In this document: one piece after another, positions 54,088-64,000 of the stretch
Layout: the number at the start of each line of letters is the position of its first letter
Position numbering within the stretch: the first letter of the stretch is position 1
Made by a program: the position numbers and the translations under genes
NCBI GenBank assembly: GCA_964016885.1
Contig: OZ024741.1
Coordinates: 75,020,001-75,084,000 of the forward strand
From: Eledone cirrhosa
Taxonomy: Eukaryota
DNA: 64,000 bases
Reading direction: 5' to 3'
The notes under the pieces: generated by a model
What the model saw: only the letters and a program-made list of their open reading frames with translations
What the model was told of the DNA's origin: nothing
The model's database searches: none

Positions 54088-54556
54088 GATATTGTTATAC
54101 TTTGGGAGGGTCATGTTGCCAATAAGAAACACACGCACCAGTTGCTTTTACTTCAATTTATTAAAATGAAAACACACACGCACATAGAACAAACAACCAA
54201 CCAGAAACATGTAAATAAAGGAATAAATAAACAAATATAAACACACACAGACACCCGGATGTAACACATGCGCAAACTAAGCACACAACACACACAAAAA
54301 CAAGATGGCGTAGGACAGAACAAAGGAGAGGCACAAAAACAAAGAAAAGAATCCCCAGTCACTGCAGAGGTCACAGAATGTGTGACGAAAGAACTTTGAC
54401 AATATACGAACAATCGTTTGGTTGTGGAACCAACCAACCAACCGGAAATTTATAAATTCCTAAATTTATCAATTATAATAAATTGTAATAAATTGAAGTG
54501 AAAGCAACTGGTGCGTGTGTTTCTTATTGGCAACATGACCCTCCCAACGTATAACA

Positions 54557-54560
<4 letters not shown>
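54088..54560 (+). mobile_element. Non-coding foldback element with hammerhead-like motif (54358-54400)
   Basis: 54088-54162 is inverted at about 54488-54560. Motif: gtca-CTGCAGA-ggtcaca gaatg tgtgac-GAAA-gaactt-tgac. The 3' flank is (TA)n. Confidence 0.7.
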
Positions 54561-54612
<52 letters not shown>

Positions 54613-54811
54613 CTTCTCTCTTCATAATGTATTTTTAACTCTGATACTGGTTCAGTCTAGTTCAACTGAATTGGTCTGTCCCAGTCATTCATTGAGCAAC
54701 ATCGGTGAAGTTGGCACCCTTAACTCACAGTTGGGTGCGGATGCATTCATGTATATATGTGTGTGTCCGCATGTATCTGTGTGTTTCTAAATATATATAA
54801 ATATATATATA

Positions 54812-54922
54812 TAACGAAGGAAATGTGGTAAGGAACCAGATGGACCATAACGCACCAAAGTACTCAATACTTAGGGTAGTAGAGTGGGTAATAGGAACGA
54901 GTAGGACCCCGACAGCTGAGCT
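54812..54922 (-). mobile_element. Terminal fragment of the 1197-3240 PLE family
   Basis: Near-identical to 1197-1306; flanked by TA-rich microsatellite. Confidence 0.85.
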
Positions 54923-55098
54923 GTATATATGTGTATATATACGTATGTGTATATATATGTGTATATATACATGTGTGCGTATATATATATATGTATATAT
55001 ATGTGTATGTATATATATGTATATATTTAAATGTATAGCTTTATATATCTATCTATATCTTTGCATACATATATTTATATGTATATATATATATATAT

Positions 55099-58000
55099 GA
55101 GTCGTTAATGCTCACTACCTTTTAACTAACCGACAGTGACTACATAATTATCGCTGGCGACCTAAATGGTCACGTTGGACAACATTGTGACGGCTACGAC
55201 GGAATCCATGGAGGCTATGGGTTTGGTACTAGAAATGAGGTAGGCTCCAGAATCCTGGAATTCTGTGACGCAAATAACCTGACTATTGTAACACTAACTT
55301 CAAAAGACGAGACAATCACTTGATCACCTATAGATCAGGGGAACACACCAGCCAGATAGGTTATATCCTTACCAGAAGACGTGACAGTGTGTCTGTTGTA
55401 AACTCTAAATCCCTCTCCCATGAAGAATGCACCTCTCAACATAGACTCATAATTAGCGATCTCATAGTCAGGACGAGACGTACTCGACAACAGAGGAGGA
55501 CTATCCTCAGGAGAAAAAATATGGAAGCTAAAGGACCCCACAGCCAGTAATAAATTTAAAATCATATTACTTGATGCTTTTGATAGTAAGGAAGAGCAAT
55601 TAGAGTCGTACAATATAGAGGAACAGTGGGAATTCCTGAAAGCTAACCTGCTGAAGGCGACAGATGAAATCTGTGGCTGGAGCAGGCCTATAGGCAGGGG
55701 GAGAGTAACGTGGTGGTGGAACAGTAAAGTGGAGGAGTCAATCAAGGCCAAAAAGCAGGCTTGGAAAGCATGGCGGGATGGGGGAAGTAGAGAAGACTAT
55801 CAAGTGGCCAGGAGGGAAGCTAGGAGACAAGTGTACTTCGCCAGAAGGGAAGCAGAGGAAAGAAAGTTCAAGCATGTTCTACAACGCGAGGACCAAAAAC
55901 GTGAGGTGTTCAGGATTGTTAGGCAATATGTCAAGGAAAACCGTGATATTGTCGAGGAGAAGTGTGTCCTTAATGATGATGGTGTACTTGCCATCACTGA
56001 CGCTGATAAGAAGGTAGCTTGGAAGTGTCACTACGAAAAGCTACTAAATGAGGAGAATAAATGGGAGAAAGACAGTCTCCCCCACATCAATCCAATAGAG
56101 GGACCAGCAGTGCAAGTTAAAGGTAGTATAATAAGTAAGGCGATCAAAGATATGAAGACAGGCAATGCGACTGGGCCTTCGGAAATAGTTGCTGAAAGCA
56201 TCTGGAACGGTGGGACACACTATGGTCACCCGGATAGTAAACCAAGTCATACAGAATGGGGTCGTTCCAAAGGACTGGCGTAGCAGCATCATCATTAACT
56301 GCTACAAGGGTAAAGGAGATGCCTTAGATAGGGGTAACTATAGAGGCATTAATTAATTAGGAGGTCACAGAAAAAGTAATAGCGCAACTAATCAGAGAGT
56401 GAATTGATCTAGATGAAATGCAGTTCGGTTTTGTGTCAGGTAAAAGTACCACAGACGCTCTTTTCATTGTACGACAACTACAGAAGAAGTACCTAGCTAA
56501 AAGTAAACCCCTATACTTAGCTTTTGTTGACTTGGAGAAAGCCTTTGACAGAGTCCCCCGCTCCATTATCTGGTGGGCTCTTAGAAAACTAGGTGTTGAT
56601 GAATGGCTTGTGAGAGCTATACAAGCCATGTATAAAGAAACAGTCAGCAAGGTTAGAATTAACAACGAATATAGCGAAGAGTTTAGCGTAAAAGTTGGTG
56701 TTCATCAGGGCTCTGTCCTTAGCCCCCTCCTATTTATTATTGCCCTTCGGGCTATAACAGAGGAGTTCAAGACGGCTGCCTATGGGAACTCCTATACGCA
56801 GATGATCTAACGCTCATAGCTGAATCAATGGCTGAACTAGAGAAGAAATTCCAAACATGGAAGCACGGTCTAAAATTAAAAGGCCTTAAAATTAACCTGT
56901 CTAAGACTAAAGTTCTAGTTTGTAGGGAGGAAAATAGGGCACTGGTCTCATCTGGGAAATGGCCATGCTCAGTGTGTAGGAAATGAGTAGGCAGAAACCC
57001 CATTTTATGTCCCAAATGCAAAGTATGGGTGCATAAAAGATGTAGTGGGATCACAGGTAAGCTAACTAAGAATATAGATTTTATGTGGCCGGTGCTCTGG
57101 TGCAATAAGTAGCAGCAAGTGCCCACAGAATACTAGCTTATTTCATTGCACAGATGGTTCTATAGAAATAGTGGACACCTTCCGTTACCTGGGTGACAAA
57201 ATCAGCAGTGGTGGAGGGTGCTCTGAAAGTACAGTAGCTTGAGTCAGAACGGGATGGAAAAAGTTCAGAGAGCTTATGCCACTATTGGCCGCTAAAGGGT
57301 TCTCTCTAAAAATGAAAGGCAGGCTGTATGATGCCTGCATACGAACAGCAATGTTACATGGCAGTGAGACTTGGGCATTGTGTGAAGAGGATATACGCAG
57401 ACTGGAGAGGAACAAAGCTTGCATGCTCCGCTGGATGTGTAATAGTAATATACGTGAACGGCAAAGCATAAATGAACTAAGGGAGAAATTAGGAATAAGA
57501 GGGTTCAGATGTTGTTTACTCGAGAGAAGACTACGTTGGTATGGTCACGTGATGCGCATGAAAGACGACAGTTGTATAAAAAAGTGCAGGGCGATAAAAA
57601 TAGACGGTAGCCACGGAGTAGGCAGACCCAGAAAAACCTGGGACGACTTGATAAATTCCGACCTTACACACTTACACCTCTCCAAGACAATGTCACTGGA
57701 CCGAGATCTTTGGTGCTACACAGTAATACAGAAGCGAAACCTACAGTCAGTAGGCACCTCTAACAAAAATACACCCCCGTCCCACTACCCCCACCACCCC
57801 TTTCAATGTAAAGTTATTTTGGTACCACAACATCCAGTCGGAAATAAATGAGGTCGTGTAGGTGTCACGACAAAAAAACACACAGTCCACGCTGTAATGT
57901 GGCCATGTAGGCAACACGGTAAAAACCTCCCAGTTCCACACTGTAAACGTGGTTGGTGTTAGGAAGGGCATCCAGCCGTAGAAATCCCGCCAGACAGTCC

Positions 58001-58105
58001 TCTACGAGCAAGACAACCAATCTTGCCTCAAGTGGGAAAATTCCCGTCCAAACCCATGCAAGCGTGGAAGATGGACGTTAAACGATGATGATGATGATGA
58101 TGATA
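55099..58105 (+). mobile_element. RTE-clade LINE, nearly full ORF (APE remnant + RT + PHD-like insert), frameshifted
   Basis: IIAGDLNGHVG, QFGF..GKSTTDALF, AFVDLEKAFD, GVHQGSVLSP, LLYADDL, LHGSETW, RRLRWYGH, and a (GAT)n tail. Confidence 0.92.
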
Positions 58106-58221
58106 TATATCACGATAAATTAACGGAACCATAGGCTCTCGTTATCCCCTGTAAATTATGTGCTCAAAGGAAAAGGAATCCTAAGCTCTTTAAAATACAA
58201 TATGTTGAAAGAGTAACATAC

Positions 58222-58309
<88 letters not shown>

Positions 58310-58900
58310 GTGTGCCATCAATAAAACAGGGAAAACCACCAGTGTATGGAATCTATAACCTATGGTAGACACACAATAATTAAAAATATCAATTAAAATG
58401 CATATACGCACCTCTATAACTATAAATACATATATATGTAGGAGGTGAGTTTTATTGTAGCACAATAAAGCAATGCAAATATCGGATAAGTAGCACTCAA
58501 CAGTTTATAGGACTGGAGTATAAATAATATAAAATCAAAAGATGGTTAAAAGAGTTCCATGTATTATGCGCATTTCAAAAACAAATATCAACCCATGATG
58601 ATATTTTGATTTTATATTATATATACATATATATAGGTATATATACATTTATGTGTGTGTGTGTATATATATATAAAATAGTATTTTTCTCTGTGACACG
58701 CATGCCGTTTCTACAATGTTATACCTCTTACTTCAACTCACTTTCACTTTAAATGGCTCACTCCCATGTAGGCTTTACATGTTTTATACTCCAGTCAAGC
58801 ATGACAGATAAACTCCACTAAATTTCATCTTGTGTCCCTCTATCTCATTTACACACATGCGTAGTGCTCCTGAGCACTGTATACAATAATTTCATTATTT

Positions 58901-58931
<31 letters not shown>

Positions 58932-58934
<3 letters not shown>

Positions 58935-59135
58935 GAAAGATTTGAATGGATACAGTTTAGTTGAAAAGAATTTATTGACACGTGTTTCTATAACAGTTAC
59001 ATAACCTGAAAACAGCTGCTATCTACAAACTTTCAAGTTTGTAGATAGCAGCTGTTTTCAGGTTATGTAACTGTTATAGAAACACGTGTCAATAAATTCC
59101 TTTCAACTAAACTGTATCCATTCAAATCTTTCTAT
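58932..59135. repeat. Near-perfect 204-bp palindrome (about 101-bp arms)
   Basis: Centre aaactt-tc-aagttt at 59033/59034, with one mismatch. Contains GAAACACGTGTC-aataaa. Confidence 0.95.
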
Positions 59136-59401
59136 TTTTCTCCGGATTACTTTTGGAACTACAACTGGAACCGTCGAGCAAACTCTACGTGAGCTGATAA
59201 TCTACTGTGTGTAATATTTATATTACAACACAACGGAAAATACTGTATATATATATATATATATTAGAAAGTGAGGTTTTTTTTACAAAATGAAAAATAA
59301 CCGAGGTGTCCTACACGAGTGGAAGTATAAAGAAAAAGGGATGAAATCGAAAATGCAACTGAAGTCTTATTTTTTTTAAAAATATATATATGTATTTGGT
59401 T

Positions 59402-59439
59402 CCTTTACCGGTTTCGCAGTTCTTCTGCTTTTCAAAAGG
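59402..59439 (-). ncRNA. Minimal type-I hammerhead, U3-A8 core variant
   Basis: Reverse complement: cctt-TTGAAAA-gcag aagaa ctgc-GAA-accggt-A-aagg. Confidence 0.75.
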
Positions 59440-59470
59440 TGAGTTGAGATGGAGGGTCTGTGGTTTTTCT

Positions 59471-59524
<54 letters not shown>

Positions 59525-59646
59525 GACAAACATAGAATATTCGAAAATATTCTGTATGTTTATAATAAACATTTTGAAGACCTAATCGCTATAGAATAGA
59601 ATACGTCACGTATTACAATTTGAGATTCTCGATAAAAGCAAGGGAA

Positions 59647-59689
59647 GTAACCTACGCGTTTCATTCTTATTAGAAATCATCAGGATTAC
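59647..59689 (-). ncRNA. Minimal hammerhead ribozyme
   Basis: Reverse complement of the 60248-60290 motif. Confidence 0.82.
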
Positions 59690-59958
59690 ATATCCAGTGC
59701 TTTTATCGAGAATGACACAGCTAGAGACTTATAGAATACTTAGCTGTGTACAGGGACTGGTTTGAAAGAGCGGTTGCCGGTCCGGCAGAAATTAGAATTT
59801 GGATTTAATGCTCTGAAATAGCGATATATATGTGAAGACAAACATAGAATATTCGAAAATATTCTGTATGTTTATAATAAACATTTTGAAGACCTAATCG
59901 CTATAGAATAGAATACGTCACGTATTACAATTTGAGATTCTCGATAAAAGCAAGGGAA

Positions 59959-60001
59959 GTAACCTACGCGTTTCATTCTTATTAGAAATCATCAGGATTA
60001 C
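59959..60001 (-). ncRNA. Minimal hammerhead ribozyme
   Basis: Reverse complement of the 60248-60290 motif. Confidence 0.82.
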
Positions 60002-60247
60002 ATATCCAGTGCTTTTATCGAGAATGACACAGCTAGAGACTTATAGAATACTTAGCTGTGTACAGGGACTGGTTTGAAAGAGCGGTTGCCGGTCCAGCAG
60101 AAATTATATATATCGCTATTTCAGAGCATTAAATCCAAATTCTAATTTCTGCCGGACCGGCAACCGCTCTTTCAAACCAGTTCCTGTACACAGCTAAGTA
60201 TTCTATAAGTCTCTAGCTGTGTCATTCTCGATAAAAGCACAGGATAT

Positions 60248-60290
60248 GTAATCCTGATGATTTCTAATAAGAATGAAACGCGTAGGTTAC
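60248..60290 (+). ncRNA. Minimal hammerhead ribozyme
   Basis: gtaatc-CTGATGA-t ttct aata agaa t-GAA-acgcgt-A-ggttac. Confidence 0.85.
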
Positions 60291-60559
60291 TTCCCTTGCT
60301 TTTATCGAGAATCTCAAATTGTAATACGTGACGTATTCTATTCTATAGCGATTAGGTCTTCAAAATGTTTATTATAAACATACAGAATATTTTCGAATAT
60401 TCTATGTTTGTCTTCACATATATATCGCTATTTCAGAGCATTAAATCCAAATTCTAATTTCTGCCGGACCGGCAACCGCTCTTTCAAACCAGTTCCTGTA
60501 CACAGCTAAGTATTCTATAAGTCTCTAGGTGTGTCATTCTCGATAAAAGCACTGGATAT

Positions 60560-60602
60560 GTAATCCTGATGATTTCTAATAAGAATGAAACGCGTAGGTT
60601 AC
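60560..60602 (+). ncRNA. Minimal hammerhead ribozyme
   Basis: Identical to 60248-60290, 312 bp downstream. Confidence 0.85.
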
Positions 60603-60758
60603 TTCCCTTGCTTTTATCGAGAATCTCAAATTGTAATACGTGACGTATTCTATTCTATAGCGATTAGGTCTTCAAAATGTTTATTATAAACATACAGAAT
60701 ATTTTCGAATATTCTATGTTTGTCTTCACATATATATCGCTATTTTAGAGCATTAAAT

Positions 60759-60854
<96 letters not shown>

Positions 60855-60856
<2 letters not shown>

Positions 60857-61073
60857 GCAGTAGATTGGTAGTATCAGTAGATGGTCGGACGCCATGCTTT
60901 GCAACATAGAATTACGGCCCTTTATCATCTGAGTTCAAATTTCGCCGAGGTTAACTTTGCCTTTCATCCTTACGAGGTCGATAAAATAAAGTACCAGTCA
61001 TGCACAGGGTTCGATTTAATCGACTTTTCCCTCCCCCCAAAATTGCTGGCCTTGTGCCTATATAAGAATCCAT

Positions 61074-61078
<5 letters not shown>
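60855..61078 (+). mobile_element. tRNA-derived SINE
   Basis: Family head, core and 3' end are present. Confidence 0.85.
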
Positions 61079-61106
<28 letters not shown>

Positions 61107-61127
61107 CGTCTCACTCTCTCACTCTCA

Positions 61128-61176
<49 letters not shown>

Positions 61177-62042
61177 TTAATGACAAGTTCCTCCATATTG
61201 CACAGATAAGACATAAAATCCTCCTTTACAAAAAAAATCTCTTCTGCCAATCTTTAGTCGTATATAATCCTGGAATCAGTAAAATTCTGCGGCAATATTG
61301 GAACATCTGCTGATAAGCTAAATACAATCTGTGTAGGTGTTCCAATATTCTATGCCAAAATCTGAACCATTTCTCAGACAAGTTACAAACTGAGAACAGC
61401 AAAAAAAAAAAAAAAAAAAATTTCTCCACACAACCTGAAACCTGTTTTACCCATTTTTTTTTATTTTGTCTTCCAGGATAGGAATGTTGCAAGAAACACA
61501 ATCAAGCTTTCTAATCTAGGCACAAGTTCTGCAATTTGTACAGAAGAGAAAATCAATTATATTGACCCAGTATTTGAAAGGCAAAGTTGATCTTGATGGG
61601 TTTTGAAAACAAATGCTGCAAAGCATTTTATCTAAGAAAAAGATATAACATAAATACAAAAAAAAAAGCATCATTTGTGTGTATGTGTGTATGATTACAT
61701 TTACTGTTTATGTCCCAAAACCTAGCAGTTGGACAAAAGAGATTGATGAAATAATTACCAGACTTGAAGAAAACAAAGAAAAGGTACTGAACTAAAACTC
61801 TTTGAAGGCAGTGTCCCAGCATGATTGTAGTTTAATGAGTGTAACTAGTTAAAGATTATAAGGGAAATATATGTCATATATGTAGTGTATATATCATATG
61901 CAATTTGAAGATGTATGGACTAGTGGTTAGGTTGCTGAACTCATGATATTAAAGGTATGAGTTCAATTCCTAGACTGAGAAGCACATTGTGTTCTTAGAA
62001 AAGATGCTTTATCTCCTGTTGCTTTTTATGATAGGACTGGGG

Positions 62043-62662
62043 ATCATCATCATCATCATCATCAACGTTTAACGTCCGTGTTCCACGCTTGCATGGGTTT
62101 GGACGGGGGTTTTCCCACTTGAGGCAAGAGTGATTGTGTTGCTCGCATAGGACTGTCTGGCGGGTTTTCTACAGTTGGATGCCCTTCCTAACACCAACCA
62201 CATTTACAGTGTGGGGCTGGGAGGTTTTTACCGTGTTACCTACACGGCCACATTACAGCGTGGACTGTGTGTTTTTTGTCGTGACACCTACACGATCTCA
62301 TTTGTTTCGGCCTGGATGGTGTGGCACCAACATAACTTTACATAGAAGGGGGCGGTGTGGATGGGGTGGGGGTGGTGGGATGGGGGTGTATTTTGTTAGA
62401 GATGCCTACTGACTGTAGTAGGTTTTACTTTGTATTTAGGTAAGGTGGGTCTTCTCTATTACTGAGTACCGCCAAAGGTCTCGGTCCAGTGACATTGTCT
62501 TGGAGAGGTGTAAGTGTGTGAGGTCGGAATTTATCAGCTCGTCCCAGGTTTTTCTGGGTCTGCCTATTCCGTGGCTACCGTCTATCTTTATTGCCCTGCA
62601 CTTTGTTATACAGCTATCGTCTTTCATGCGCATCACGTGACCATACCAACGTAGCCTTCTCG
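62043..62662 (-). mobile_element. RTE 3' fragment (same subfamily as 55099-58105)
   Basis: Close reverse complement of about 57525-58100. Confidence 0.9.
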
Positions 62663-62922
62663 TACTATTAAAACACTATAAGATGTAATGTAGGAGCTAA
62701 ACCTGCATAGGTTTGAGCTAAACATTTTTATTTGCAGCATGTATATAAATAAAATGTGAATGTATGTTTGTGTACATCTGTGTGTGCATATGTATATTGG
62801 TGAAAGATCTAAGCATTGATGTGAAAATAAATGGTAAGGTGGCACAAGCTAGTCATCCACACTGACAGTAATGTAACTTACCTATAATTGGTATTGCTTG
62901 AAACCAGGGACCAATGAACTGC

Positions 62923-63109
62923 AAAATAAAATAAAATAAAATAAAATAAAATAAAATAAAATAAAATAAAATAAAATAAAATAAAATAAAATAAAATAAA
63001 ATAAAATAAAATAAAATAAAATAAAATAAAAATAAAATAAAATAAAATAAAATAAAATAAAATAAAATAAAATAAAATAAAATAAAATAAAATAAAATAA
63101 AATAAAATA
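62923..63109. repeat. (AAAAT)n microsatellite
   Basis: Direct reading. Confidence 0.98.
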
Positions 63110-63673
63110 GATAGGTTTAGGCATGGCAGTTTGATTAAGGAGTTTGTTTCATAGGCATAGAATTTCCAGTTCAGACCTACTGCATGGTACCTTGGGCAAC
63201 TGTCATTTGTACTATAGCCTCAGGTTGATCAATGCCTTGTGAATGAAGTTTGGTGGGTGGAAACTGTATTATATTCACAGGGGAAAAATAGAGATAAATA
63301 TATATGTTTATATGTTTTCACAAATAGCTTTATGCTTGAGTGCTGTCTTAGTGCTACCGTCAATTAAATCTATGTATATATTTAAATTTTTATTTTTTTT
63401 ATTTTATACATAATAAACAGCATAATATAATTATTCCATTACCAAAGGTTTCATGAAACTAGACCATCTTAACAGAAACGTCCAGCACGGCCATCTAATT
63501 GTGTTGTTTATTATGTAATCTAATCAAATAGCTCTGTACTATACACAGAGCACTCTTCTTTTCTTTACTTTTCTCCGGAAATACATATAAATATCGCTTT
63601 TTCTACCCGCTGAAATGCGATTCTCACTGAATTTATATTTATATATATATGTATATATTTATACATATATATA

Positions 63674-64000
63674 TATTGTTATGCTTTGGGAGGGTCATGT
63701 TGCCAATAAGAAACACATGCACCAGTTGCTTTCACTCCAATTTATTATAAATTAAATTTATAAATTTAAAAATTTATCAATTTCCGGTTGGTTGATTGGT
63801 TCCATAACCGGACGGTTGTTCATATATTGTCAAAGTTCTTTTGTCACACATTCTGTGACCTCTTCAGTGACTGGGGATTCTTTTCTTGGTTTTTGTGCCT
63901 CTCCTTTGTTCTGTCCTACGGCATGAAGATGGCGTAGGACAGAACGTAGGACAAAGTCTGTTTCTTACTGGCAACATGACGCTCCCAAAGCATAACAATA
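63674..64000 (-). mobile_element. Second copy of the 54088-54560 foldback family; hammerhead-like motif at 63829-63871
   Basis: Reverse complement gtca-CTGAAGA-ggtcaca gaatg tgtgac-aaaa-gaactt-tgac. Terminal inverted repeat 63675-63715 pairs with 63961-64000. Confidence 0.72.

Larger units (their letters stand above)
59520..60761. repeat. Palindromic array of four about-312-bp hammerhead-containing units (2 minus + 2 plus)
   Basis: Direct repeat period 312 bp, inversion centre about 60105, flanked by (TA)n and (CA)n(TA)n. Confidence 0.95.

Noticed and set aside
54061-54092. ctgaaaa...gaaaccgata hammerhead-like string
   Set aside because: The stems do not pair convincingly.
58556-58610. Hammerhead half (reverse complement gaaatgcgcata)
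   Set aside because: No matching 5' core or stem I found.

Overview
This is AT-rich, microsatellite-dense eukaryotic DNA with no recognisable host gene. The SINE, RTE and microsatellite make-up suggests a cephalopod (Octopus-like) genome, which is an inference. Almost all recognisable sequence is transposon-derived: a near-intact L1/Tx1-clade LINE (ORF1 42204-44249; ORF2 44285-47704 with one in-frame TGA) plus a truncated copy, a near-full R4/Dong-type RLE element (about 22150-25740) plus fragments, many RTE-clade copies carrying a PHD-like insert, CRE-like ends, a mariner, Helitron and hAT remnants, tRNA-derived SINEs, and Penelope-like (GIY-YIG) remnants. Most short ORFs in the track are microsatellite or antisense artefacts. 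The most notable signal is about 15 type-I hammerhead ribozyme motifs from at least 6 unrelated sequence families, read by eye on both strands. Nearly all sit in short non-coding foldback elements embedded in (TA)n. The clearest case is a 1.2-kb palindrome (59520-60760) of four near-identical 312-bp units, each carrying a minimal hammerhead, which looks retrozyme-like. Element boundaries were estimated by eye.
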